Origin: Bdellovibrionota bacterium | GTDB lineage: Bacteria > Bdellovibrionota_C > UBA2361 > CAKMMH01 | Assembly (NCBI GenBank): GCA_050952645.1 | Contig: JBMNLI010000016.1 | Coordinates: 1 to 56,392, forward strand | DNA: 56,392 nt | Direction of reading: 5' to 3' | Shown here: positions 1-9,480 of the stretch, piece after piece | How positions within the stretch are numbered: the stretch's first letter is position 1 | How the letters are laid out: every line of letters begins with the position of its first letter | Made by a program: the position numbers and the translations under genes | The notes under the pieces: generated by a model | Seen by the model: only the letters and a program-made list of their open reading frames with translations | Database searches by the model: none | What the model was told of the DNA's origin: nothing

Positions 1-470
1 AAAGCATGCAAGCTAATGAAAAAACACCTGCAGCTATATCATCTGCCATAATCCCATATCCCCTAGGGAGCTGTTCTGCTTTACTTATAATCCAAGGCTT
101 TAAAATATCGAACAATCTAAAAAATAAAAATCCTACACAAACCTCAAATAGAGATGTAGAAAATAAAATAGTAATATAATATCCTGCCCATTCATCAATA
201 ACTATAAATTGTGGGTCTTTTACATTCTTATTTTCCTCCTTATCTTTCTCAAACTCTAATATCTTATTCGATAAATAAGTCCCAACGATAACGCTATATA
301 AACATAAAGTGCATATAATATATTGCTCATCTGCAAAGCTTATATCTAATAAATAAACTAGGCACACGTAAACTAATAACGCACTTAAAGTGCCGAAAGT
401 TCCTGGCAATTTAGGTAAAAAAACCTGCTCCTAAACCACTAGCTAAAAAATAACAAATTTTTTTATTCAT
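1..470 (-). CDS. pgpA: Phosphatidylglycerophosphatase A (3' end outside window; apparent +1 frameshift at ~417-423)
   Basis: Manual translation: MNKKICYFLASGLGAGF then, after a 7-T run, LPKLPGTFGT...KDPQFIVIDEWAG...FLFFRLFDILKPWII...GIWDMADDIAAG, the PgpA motifs. Confidence 0.85.
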
Positions 471-528
471 ATTTTTTATCTTTTTTTAAAATAATATTAA
501 ATTTAAATAACATTAAAGCTAATCTAAA

Positions 529-1488
529 CTAATTTCTAATTTCTTTAACCTTTCTTTTAATCTTTGCAAATTGCTTATCTTTATACTCTTTTTTTAATCT
601 TTCTTTTTCTCTTACCTCATCAAAAATTTTTTCTCTTAATGCAGAGTATTGCTTGTAGCTTAGCTCTTCATATTTCCGAGCAGGAAGTGAGCCTAACTTA
701 AAGGGGCCATGCTGCACACGTTTTAGTTTTTCCACAGGGTAGCCTAACTCTCCCATAAGTCTTCTAATAATCCTATTTTTTCCTATCCGCACGGCAATCT
801 TTATCCAAGTGCTGTTTGCTTGCTCTTTAATTATCTCTAGCCTTGCTTGCACTAAACCATCATCTAATTTAACCCCATGCCTAATTTTAGAAATATCTGC
901 TAATGTTAGTTTTCCCTTAACCTTTACCTCATAAACTCTTATAAAATTATACCTAGGATGCATTAGCACTTGTGCTAAATCTCCATCATTAGTCATAATC
1001 ACTAGCCCCGTTGACTCAAAGTCTAAACGTCCAACAGGAAAATAATTTTCAAACTTTCTAGGGAGCAAATCGGACACCACCTTTCTTTCTTCCGCTTCCG
1101 TCGCACGTGCCGTAATTACAGACCTTGGCTTATGGAGTATAACAACGCCCTTAGAGGGGAGTTCTAGCACCTTATTGTTAAATTTAACTTTATCTATAAA
1201 TGCATCGACATTCGTAGCAACGTCGAGAACTACGATATCATTAACCTTTACTCGCCCCTCTTCTATAAGCTCCTCAGATTTTCTTCTAGAGGCTATGCCA
1301 CATTCGGCTAAAAACTTTGCTAGTCTTATGCTACTTTTTGATTTACTATTTGATTTATTTTTCGATTTATTATTTGTTTTATTTTCTACTCTATTATTTT
1401 TTTTATTATTTATTTTATTATTCACTTTCTTATTGAGCCTCCTTAAAGCTCTCATTACTCTCTTTACTAATCTCTTCATCTTCTTCAA
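529..1488 (-). CDS. rluB: Ribosomal large-subunit pseudouridine synthase (RluB/RsuA family), S4 domain, low-complexity N/K N-terminus
   Basis: RLAKFLAECGIASRRKSEELI S4 domain, PVGRLDFESTGL catalytic motif, GKNRIIRR; follows scpA-scpB. Confidence 0.85.
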   Translation of the reverse strand: MKKMKRLVKRVMRALRRLNKKVNNKINNKKNNRVENKTNNKSKNKSNSKSKSSIRLAKFLAECGIASRRKSEELIEEGRVKVNDIVVLDVATNVDAFIDKVKFNNKVLELPSKGVVILHKPRSVITARATEAEERKVVSDLLPRKFENYFPVGRLDFESTGLVIMTNDGDLAQVLMHPRYNFIRVYEVKVKGKLTLADISKIRHGVKLDDGLVQARLEIIKEQANSTWIKIAVRIGKNRIIRRLMGELGYPVEKLKRVQHGPFKLGSLPARKYEELSYKQYSALREKIFDEVREKERLKKEYKDKQFAKIKRKVKEIRN

Positions 1489-2302
1489 ACTCTTCAGGCT
1501 CTTCGCTTATGCTTATAACCTCCCTTAAATTAGGCAAATCTGCTAAAGATTTTAAACTAAACACTTTTAAAAAATCATCGGTAGTGCCATATAAAGCAGG
1601 TTGCCCTATCTTATCTGCATGTCCTATGATTTTTATTAAATTTCTAGAGATAAGCGTTTTTATAGTAGGACTAGCATCTACGCCTTTTATCCTTTCTATT
1701 TCACTTTTCATAACTGGTTGCCTATAAGCTACAATAGATAAAGTCTCAAGCGCAGAGCTGCTTAACTTTCTAGGCCTTTGTATCTTTAGTCTTCTTATAT
1801 AAGCACTATACATATCCTTAGTTCTAAGTTGATAACCTGAACTTAACTTTACTAATTCAAACGACGAAAGGTCGCTATTATATTTCTTACTAAGCTCTTC
1901 TATCCAATACAAAACTTGCTCTTTAGAAACGCTAAGCACCTCTACTAACTTATCTAAGGATATCTCTTCGCCACTAGTAAAAAGTAGCGCCTCTACTACT
2001 TGCGCATTTAACTCTATATCTAATTTTTCATTATCTAAATTTTCATTATCTAATTTTTCATCGTCTAATTTTTCATCGTCATCTTCATTATTTATTTTTT
2101 CACTACCGTCTATACTATCTTTTATATCTTCTATATCTTTTATATCTTCTACATTACCTTTAAAACTAAACTGTCCATAATATTTGCCATCTTCTTTGAT
2201 ATTTTCAAGTTTAATATTTTCCAACTCTCCTTTACCACTTAAATCATAATTTTCTTTTTCATTAAAATCATTTGCATTATAATAATTTTCACTATTCGAC
2301 AT
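1430..2302 (-). CDS. scpB: SMC-Scp complex subunit ScpB with acidic N-terminal extension
   Basis: VEALLF, LSSSALETLSIVAYRQPV, LYGTTDDFLKVFSLKSLADLP motifs. Confidence 0.93.
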   Translation of the reverse strand: MSNSENYYNANDFNEKENYDLSGKGELENIKLENIKEDGKYYGQFSFKGNVEDIKDIEDIKDSIDGSEKINNEDDDEKLDDEKLDNENLDNEKLDIELNAQVVEALLFTSGEEISLDKLVEVLSVSKEQVLYWIEELSKKYNSDLSSFELVKLSSGYQLRTKDMYSAYIRRLKIQRPRKLSSSALETLSIVAYRQPVMKSEIERIKGVDASPTIKTLISRNLIKIIGHADKIGQPALYGTTDDFLKVFSLKSLADLPNLREVISISEEPEEFEEDEEISKESNESFKEAQ

Positions 2303-2329
2303 ATATCAACAATTCCTTTTAAATAATAT

Positions 2330-3169
2330 CTAAACTGCTTCTTCTAAGTGAGACTCGGCTATATACGCCTTCTTAAATTTTTCTTCATCAAAATCTATTT
2401 TTTCAAGCCCAAGCATAATATCCTCGTAGGCTTCTTTTTGATATACTTTTACGATATGTCTTCTACAAAGCTCTAGTATCGCACAAAAATAACCTACTAC
2501 ATCGACGACCGTTTCGGCGTCCGATACTAAATCCGAAAAATTTATATTCCCCCCTCTTTCCTTTATTTTATAAAGCACGCTCATCATTCTATCAACAATT
2601 GAAACATTATCGACACTAATAACATACTCACCCTTGTTTTTTAAATTTTTTATAGCCTTTCCAAAAGCTATCGCTAGTAGCGTCGTGTCCTCATTAGAAA
2701 GAGAGGCTCGCACTTCTTCAAACTCTTTTAGACTTGATGGTCTAGCAAAAACATCGATGCCTAGTATTTTAGCTTTAGAAAGCTCTTTAGCGCCCTGTTT
2801 ATAAATCTCAGCCTCTCTAAGTCTCCTTAATAATTCTTCCGATGGATCGACTAGGTCGCCATCTTCATTTAACTCTAACTCTACTGGTTCAGAGAGCATC
2901 ACTGATGCCTTTATTGAAAGTAGCGTTGTAGCCATTACGAGATATTCGCCAGCTATTTCTAAATCTATTCTCTTCATAGCTTCGAGACATTCAAGATATT
3001 GGTTAGCGACTTGTGCTAGAGATAGTTTTTCTATTTCTAACTCATTTTTCTTAACTAAATGGAGTAATAAATCTATAGGGCCAGAGAAACAATCTAAGCT
3101 TATTTCAAAGGGAAGCTCCTTAGATGCTAACGAATTTTGATTTTGCTTATTATTAGAATTTTCTAACAT
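2330..3169 (-). CDS. scpA: Segregation/condensation protein ScpA (kleisin)
   Basis: FSGPIDLLLHLV, AGEYLVMATTLLSIKA, FCAILEL motifs; adjacent to scpB. Confidence 0.93.
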   Translation of the reverse strand: MLENSNNKQNQNSLASKELPFEISLDCFSGPIDLLLHLVKKNELEIEKLSLAQVANQYLECLEAMKRIDLEIAGEYLVMATTLLSIKASVMLSEPVELELNEDGDLVDPSEELLRRLREAEIYKQGAKELSKAKILGIDVFARPSSLKEFEEVRASLSNEDTTLLAIAFGKAIKNLKNKGEYVISVDNVSIVDRMMSVLYKIKERGGNINFSDLVSDAETVVDVVGYFCAILELCRRHIVKVYQKEAYEDIMLGLEKIDFDEEKFKKAYIAESHLEEAV

Positions 3170-3401
3170 TTCTTTTTTATTTATAATTTATTTATAATTT
3201 ATTTATAATTTATTTATAAAATCATTTTTTTTGATACACACTTACGACTTATGAGATTTTTTTCACACTTTACGTTTTAAGAAGGTTTTAAATTTTTAAA
3301 AATTAGCGCCAGCCTTCTTAAAGAAGCCTAAAAGAAAACTATTTTTCTTAAGGGGTTCACTTAAAACGTTAAGAACCAAAAAAATAAAAACGATAGGCTC
3401 T

Positions 3402-3430
3402 AGTTTATACATTTAATGCAATATAGTCAA
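3402..3430 (-). promoter_or_regulatory. Putative sigma70 promoter for scpA-scpB-rluB-pgpA
   Basis: Minus strand TTGACT-N17-TAAACT, about 230 bp upstream of scpA. Confidence 0.5.
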
Positions 3431-3434
3431 AGGC

Positions 3435-4241
3435 TTATAAGCACATCATTTGATATAATATAACAGCGGTAGCTTGAGAAACATTTAGAGAGTCTATTTT
3501 ACCAACTTGAGGAATTTTTACGATAAAATCCGCTTCTTCTTTTAAGATTTTTTTAACCCCAGTCCCTTCAGCACCAACTATTAAAACCGCTTTATTAGGG
3601 CTCTCAAAATCGTTTAATGAGATCGCATCTTTGCTTACATCTGCTACAACGCACCAAAAGCCGTGTTTTTTTAGTTCTCTTATCGCCGTAAGCATATTGC
3701 TAACCTCTGCATAATCTACTAGCTCAGTTGCCCCAACTGCCGCCTTAGTAGTAGCAGGCGTTATAGAAACTCCTCTATTTTTACAAAGAAGCACCCCACT
3801 TGCTCCAAAACATTCAGAAGCTCTAAAAATAGTTCCTAAATTATGTGGGTCTTCAACGCCATCGACTGCAACGACGCAAATTTTACTTTTTTCTTCTTTC
3901 GTGTTTTCTAATTTATTTATAAACGACTTTAAACTATGGTCTAAATCATCCCTTACCACTGCTACAAAGCCTTGATGATTTTCTACTTTCGTTAATTTTT
4001 GAATATCTTGTTTAAAAGCATATTCTAAATTTACGTTATTTTGCTTTGCTAAATTTAATATTTCGTTATTTCTTTTGTCCCCTCTATCGGTAGAATAATA
4101 TATTTTTTCTATTCTCTTAGGGGCATATCTTAAAACTTCAAACACAGAGTTTCTTCCTACGACAAACCTAGTATTAGCTTCTTGATTTTGATTTTTATTT
4201 TTATTTTGATTTAACTTTTTCGAGTTAAGACTTTTTTTCAT
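3435..4241 (-). CDS. rlmB: 23S rRNA Gm2251 2'-O-methyltransferase (TrmH/SpoU family)
   Basis: HQGFVA, DGVEDPHNLGTIFR, GAEGTG, IDSLNVSQA SPOUT motifs. Confidence 0.9.
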   Translation of the reverse strand: MKKSLNSKKLNQNKNKNQNQEANTRFVVGRNSVFEVLRYAPKRIEKIYYSTDRGDKRNNEILNLAKQNNVNLEYAFKQDIQKLTKVENHQGFVAVVRDDLDHSLKSFINKLENTKEEKSKICVVAVDGVEDPHNLGTIFRASECFGASGVLLCKNRGVSITPATTKAAVGATELVDYAEVSNMLTAIRELKKHGFWCVVADVSKDAISLNDFESPNKAVLIVGAEGTGVKKILKEEADFIVKIPQVGKIDSLNVSQATAVILYQMMCL

Positions 4242-4338
4242 CTTTTTATTTTAACTTAAATACATTAAAAATTTAATATTTTATTTTTGATTTTTTTTTA
4301 ATTTAAAATTTATCTATGTTGAAAATTAAAGTTATAAA

Positions 4339-5511
4339 TTAAAGCAGAGCCTTATATAAGTCTACAAAATGGATAGCAGTATTCTTAAAATTTAAAACTT
4401 TTCTTACGAAAGATGCGACTGTTTGTCTTTTCTCAGCTCTTTGAATTAAACTTACTACTCTTTGCATAGCATTTCCTATCGATTCGCAAGAATACGGGTC
4501 GCATTCTATAACAAACGGACGCACCTCTACTCTTATTTGCTCTATCGTTAAATTGCTCGATGCGACTACGGCTACACCTTGTGAAAGCGCTTCATATATA
4601 GGAAAACCAAAACCCTCTGCAAGAGATGGGAAAACTACTCCTCTAGCGTTCATGTATAATTCTTGCATCTCGGAATCTGAAACTTGCGTAAGCACCTCTA
4701 TATTAGATATATTATTAGTTTCTAAAAAATCATCTAGCTTATTTTTCACCGTATCGGAGCAAGCGACAATTTTAAGTGAAACATCTTCTAAAAAACGCTC
4801 GTTTAAAAATGCTTGAATAACTTTAGTAATATTTTTTCTAGGGTCTAACGCTGCAAAAGCTACTAGGTACTGACCTTTATTTTCTACTAAAGGAAGTGGT
4901 GAATTAAGATACACAGATTTTAACCCAGGAAGAACCGTATAAACATTATTTATCTCATATCTAGCCTCGATACTCTCTTTAACCAAGCTAAGATCGCTAA
5001 CGATCATATCCGCACGCTTGCATTGTAAAAAAAATAGGCATCTATAGACTAGCACTCTTAAGCGTGCATAAATACCTTTTAGCTCGATTACTGGATATGC
5101 TTGAAATAAATCGTGAAGAGTTAAAATTTTTTTAGACCTTCCAAATAAAGGCAAAACATTTGCCGTTCCGTGCAAAATTTTCGTGTCGTTAAATCTTTTA
5201 AAAAAATCGCTAACCATTCCTAGCTTTCTATGATTTTTAAAATTTTCTAATCGGACTATATCTATTAGAAGTTCGGCATATTTCATTTTTATTTTTTCAA
5301 GTTCCTCAAGTTGTTCGTCTAAACCTGAGAAAACGACACGCATCGGAAAAATTAAATCTTTTATCTCTTTTCTCTCTTGAGTAAGCTCACACAAAGTATT
5401 TAAAAGTTCGACTGAATAAACCCAAACACCTGCAGAACGTGTTTTATATCTTCCAAAAAATAATGTTAATTGATACTGCTTTACATTCATTTTATTTCCA
5501 CAATCACACAC
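4339..5511 (-). CDS. Glycosyltransferase family 4 (GT-B)
   Basis: TLHDL, DPRKNI, VFPSLAEGFGFPIYEA (ExxxxxxxE motif). Confidence 0.85.
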   Translation of the reverse strand: MCDCGNKMNVKQYQLTLFFGRYKTRSAGVWVYSVELLNTLCELTQERKEIKDLIFPMRVVFSGLDEQLEELEKIKMKYAELLIDIVRLENFKNHRKLGMVSDFFKRFNDTKILHGTANVLPLFGRSKKILTLHDLFQAYPVIELKGIYARLRVLVYRCLFFLQCKRADMIVSDLSLVKESIEARYEINNVYTVLPGLKSVYLNSPLPLVENKGQYLVAFAALDPRKNITKVIQAFLNERFLEDVSLKIVACSDTVKNKLDDFLETNNISNIEVLTQVSDSEMQELYMNARGVVFPSLAEGFGFPIYEALSQGVAVVASSNLTIEQIRVEVRPFVIECDPYSCESIGNAMQRVVSLIQRAEKRQTVASFVRKVLNFKNTAIHFVDLYKALL

Positions 5512-5748
5512 TGTTTTATTTACATTAAATTTAATTTAAAATTTTCTTTCAAGTTAAGAGTATAGAGATTATTTAGCTATAAAAAAAGGCTTAATATGAA
5601 AAAAACTCTGTTGCTCATATCGCAATATATTATTATAGTATATTTATAAATAATGTAAAATTATAACATATTTATAATATATAACATATTTATATAGTGT
5701 AGCTAAATTGTAATACCCTTAATTTATTAAATTTTATATGAATTTTAT

Positions 5749-7230
5749 ATGAAAAAGTCAAATTCAAAAAAACGTCTAAAAGACTTAGAAAATATGTTAA
5801 TCGTGCAATGCCCCGAGTGTCATACTAAATTTTCAATAGATAGAGATAAGCTTGAAAATATCGAAGGCGTAGCACAATTTCACTGTTCTAAATGCGATAA
5901 TTTATTTTCTCTTAGTAAAAAAGATCTAAAACTTAACGAAGAAGATGATAATATACAAACCGAGGATGCATACTATATCGATGAAGATTATAGAAATAAT
6001 AAAAAATATCAAGAAGAATATGTAGATGAAGATGTAAATGAATACGACGAAGAAGAATATCAAGAAGAATATAATGTAGAAGAATATAATGTAGAAGAAA
6101 ATAGTGAAGAATTTTACGCCGAAACAGATAACGAAACAGATAACGAAACATATGAAGATAGTAAAAGTGCTAGTAGTGGCTATTACTTAGGAGATACTAA
6201 TAAAAAAACTAGGCACACAAGAGCGAAAAACTACGATTTTATTATAGATAGCAAGAAAAAAAATAACGATGAAAGCATAGATAACGACTCAAGCGATGAT
6301 CCATTTTTTGAAGATGTTAAAGAACAAGATAATCAATACAAAAGAAAAAGTGCTTTTCTAAAAAGTGAGTATTCACAAAATAATAATTTTAAAACCTCTA
6401 GAGATGGCTTAAAGACGTCTCAATACAGATCTCCAAGCGATAAGTTTAGTGATACATCGGGCGATAACTTTGATTCTTGGCTAAGTGATAATTCAAATGA
6501 GTTTGATAAAAATTTATCATCTTATCACAATAATTATCATAATAATAATTCTAACAATAATTCTTACGACGACCTTTTCGGGGCGCCAAAGAAAGCCTCT
6601 CAAAATCATAGTAGAGGTTTAAGCAATGATTTTGAACATACATCTTATGATTTTAAAAATAAAATTTCCAATGTAGCTAGCACTAAACAAGTTCAAAAAA
6701 TAAGGTCTTGGGAAGCAGTTTTTAGACTAAGCATGCCTTTTTTATTTTTTCTTCTTATTCTATTTTTCTCAGGTTTTTATTTGCAAACTAACAATAAATT
6801 ATTTAAAAAATTAGACTTATCTATTTTTAAAACTGGCAATATCGCTCCAGCTGGGCTTTTTTTAAAAAATGTAAAAATCATTCCTAAAACTTTAAATAAT
6901 GGGGAAAACATACTGCTAGTTACGGGCAGAGTTTTAAACGACACGACTAACGTTGTAGATAACATTTTACTTGAAAGCGTCTTGTTTGATGATGATAATA
7001 ATATCGTTACAAATAAAAAAATAAAAGCAAGCTCGCAACTTGGACTCTATAAGATGCGTGAACTCTTAGCTTTAGAGAGTGATTTAATAGAAAAAATACA
7101 AAACTCTAACACTCAAAAAAAACAAAGACTAGCCCCAGGGGAACAGGTAAAATTTACTATAGCCTTTACAGATGCAACAAAGATAAAAGATGCTACAAAA
7201 TATGTAGCTAGAATTTATTCAGTTGATTAA
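5749..7230 (+). CDS. Zinc-ribbon (MJ0042-type) protein with acidic linker, single TM helix and DUF3426-like C-terminal domain
   Basis: CPECHTKF...CSKCDNLF Zn ribbon; D/E/N-rich linker; TM segment FLFFLLILFFSGFYL; LLVTGRVLN...LAPGEQVKFTI. Confidence 0.7.
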   Translation: MKKSNSKKRLKDLENMLIVQCPECHTKFSIDRDKLENIEGVAQFHCSKCDNLFSLSKKDLKLNEEDDNIQTEDAYYIDEDYRNNKKYQEEYVDEDVNEYDEEEYQEEYNVEEYNVEENSEEFYAETDNETDNETYEDSKSASSGYYLGDTNKKTRHTRAKNYDFIIDSKKKNNDESIDNDSSDDPFFEDVKEQDNQYKRKSAFLKSEYSQNNNFKTSRDGLKTSQYRSPSDKFSDTSGDNFDSWLSDNSNEFDKNLSSYHNNYHNNNSNNNSYDDLFGAPKKASQNHSRGLSNDFEHTSYDFKNKISNVASTKQVQKIRSWEAVFRLSMPFLFFLLILFFSGFYLQTNNKLFKKLDLSIFKTGNIAPAGLFLKNVKIIPKTLNNGENILLVTGRVLNDTTNVVDNILLESVLFDDDNNIVTNKKIKASSQLGLYKMRELLALESDLIEKIQNSNTQKKQRLAPGEQVKFTIAFTDATKIKDATKYVARIYSVD

Positions 7231-8230
7231 AAGAAAAAAAATAATAAAAAAAATTAGCAGTAAAAAATTAGCAGTAAAAAATAGTAGTAAAAAAGTAGTA
7301 GTAAAAAGTAGTATGGAAAAAGAAAATTTTGATAATTTAAAAATCTATATGCAAAAGATAGCTACGTTTGCAGGCAATATCGCATCATCGAACAGCACTT
7401 TTATCTTTTTACCTAAAAGGCATGAAGATTTTCAAAAAAATTCTGAAAATATTTTAGAACTCGTTTCGTATTCTTCAAAAGTAGAGATAAAAAATACTAA
7501 TATTACTATTAGCACAAATTCCAGCATTATTGGATACGTAGCTAGACATAAACAACCTATACATATCTCACCTTTCGATAAAGATAGCAAGCATATCGGG
7601 CTAAATTATACCGAAGAAAAACTTCAAAGCATCCTAGCTTTGCCTATAATTATAGATGAGTATGTAGATAATGTAGGAGTGCTTTACTCAGATAGTAAAG
7701 AGCCTTTTGCTTTTTCTAACAAGCAATGTGCACTTTTAAACGAACTAACATACCAAATAGCAAGCTTTTACAAACTTCATCGCTTAAATATGACTGCTAC
7801 TAAAAAATTAGATTGGCATTCATTTATAAAAAAATCAAACGAACTAATTGCCACATTAAAGCCTAATTGCATAGATATTTTAAGAATGAAATTAACGAAC
7901 TTAGTAGAGATTGAAGCACATCTAGGCACTGGAAAAACTATCGCCATTATAGAAATGATAGAAAGGCTTATAGCTCAAAGCATCCCCCCAGAGTCTACAA
8001 TGTTTCGTTTGCCATCTGGCGATATAGTTGTTATCTTAGATAATATGATTACAGAGCATATCAAAAACAAGATCTCTGCTATTATTAAGAAAATATCATT
8101 TTCGCAAAAAACCAATATAGCATTAGAATTTAGCAAGCGTTCTTGCAAGGCTTTAAAACATCAAGAATATAAATTAGAGGATTTAATTTCAGGATGCAGG
8201 AAAAACTCGACTACAAAAAACCAAAAATAA
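7223..8230 (+). CDS. GAF-domain protein with degenerate GGDEF-like C-terminal domain
   Basis: SIIGYVARHKQPI, SILALPI, VGVLYSDSKEPFAFS GAF motifs; FRLPSGDIVVIL in place of RxGGDEF. Confidence 0.65.
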   Translation: MIKRKKIIKKISSKKLAVKNSSKKVVVKSSMEKENFDNLKIYMQKIATFAGNIASSNSTFIFLPKRHEDFQKNSENILELVSYSSKVEIKNTNITISTNSSIIGYVARHKQPIHISPFDKDSKHIGLNYTEEKLQSILALPIIIDEYVDNVGVLYSDSKEPFAFSNKQCALLNELTYQIASFYKLHRLNMTATKKLDWHSFIKKSNELIATLKPNCIDILRMKLTNLVEIEAHLGTGKTIAIIEMIERLIAQSIPPESTMFRLPSGDIVVILDNMITEHIKNKISAIIKKISFSQKTNIALEFSKRSCKALKHQEYKLEDLISGCRKNSTTKNQK

Positions 8231-8289
8231 AATTTAAATTTCTTAGAAAGGAAAAAATTAGATCTAAAAAAAGGATCTTATAAAATATT

Positions 8290-9399
8290 ATGAAAAACTC
8301 AAACTCACCATTTATTATATTACCTAAAAAACCATTTTTTAATATAAATATAAAAGACGTATTTATATTAGATATAGGCACGAATAGCATTAAAATTTAT
8401 AGCAAAAATAAGGATACTATAATTAAAGAAGCAAGCCTTTTAGTTTCAAAAGCACATTCTAATAAAGTCCTAGCCTTTGGAAATGCTGGAAAAACTATTT
8501 ACAATAAACTTCCTAAAGATTACGTATGCTCTATGCCTATTCAAAACGGCAAAGTGCAAGACGTAAGAGTAGCTACTCTTTTATTAAAATACACTCTTAA
8601 CTTAGCTACTAGCAAATGGAATCTATCGAAAGGCACTTGCTATTGCATCATAAATAACAATGTATCAGCAAAAGATAGGGAAACTATAAATGCAATTTTA
8701 AAAAATTTAAAAATAGGAAAAACTATATTTATAAACTCCACAGACTTATACGCCTTAACGCTTACAAATAATGAAGAAAACAAAGAAAGGATATTTTTAC
8801 TAGCTAAGTTAGGGGCTGGATATTCAGAGATTTCAATAATTAAAAATGGGGTAGCGGTAGCCTCAAAAGAACTTTCATTTACAGGACGCAATTTAGATTT
8901 GCAAATAATAAACTACATATCTACAAATTTTAATATGTTTATAGGAGAGTTTGAAGCACAAAGGATAAAAGAAGAAATAATAAAAGAAATAAAAGAAAAA
9001 ACAAAGGAAATAATAAAAGAAAAAAAAGAAGAAGAAACTTTTGAAGTTTATGGAAAAGATTTAATTACTAGTTATCATAAAAAATTTACTCTTTCTACTA
9101 CCGATATCCATCTAGCTCTTAGAGAAAGCATTGAGAACTTCGCTAGTGAGATTATCTCATTTTTAATTAACCAAGACGATAAGTTAAAGTGCGAGTTGCA
9201 GACCTCACTTAACACATTATACCTAGTAGGCGGCACATCGAAGCTTACTAATCTTTCTAAAGCCTTAGAAGAGATTTTAGAAATACAAGTAATTAAAAGC
9301 GATAAAGGAAATGAAGAGATAAGTAGCCTTATAAATTTAAAAAATATTTTACACGATAAAGAACTAGTAAAAACGCTTGCTAGCAAAAATGCTTCTTAA
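8290..9399 (+). CDS. Divergent MreB/Mbl-like actin-fold protein
   Basis: LDIGTNS phosphate-1 motif, PIQNG, IGEFEAQRIKEEI, GKDL, LVGGTSKL adenosine motif. Confidence 0.75.
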   Translation: MKNSNSPFIILPKKPFFNINIKDVFILDIGTNSIKIYSKNKDTIIKEASLLVSKAHSNKVLAFGNAGKTIYNKLPKDYVCSMPIQNGKVQDVRVATLLLKYTLNLATSKWNLSKGTCYCIINNNVSAKDRETINAILKNLKIGKTIFINSTDLYALTLTNNEENKERIFLLAKLGAGYSEISIIKNGVAVASKELSFTGRNLDLQIINYISTNFNMFIGEFEAQRIKEEIIKEIKEKTKEIIKEKKEEETFEVYGKDLITSYHKKFTLSTTDIHLALRESIENFASEIISFLINQDDKLKCELQTSLNTLYLVGGTSKLTNLSKALEEILEIQVIKSDKGNEEISSLINLKNILHDKELVKTLASKNAS

Positions 9400-9480
9400 A
9401 ATTACTAACTTAAAATTACAAATTTAAAATTATAAGTGTAATTTATTGACCAAGATTATAAAAAGCTTTATTCTAACACA

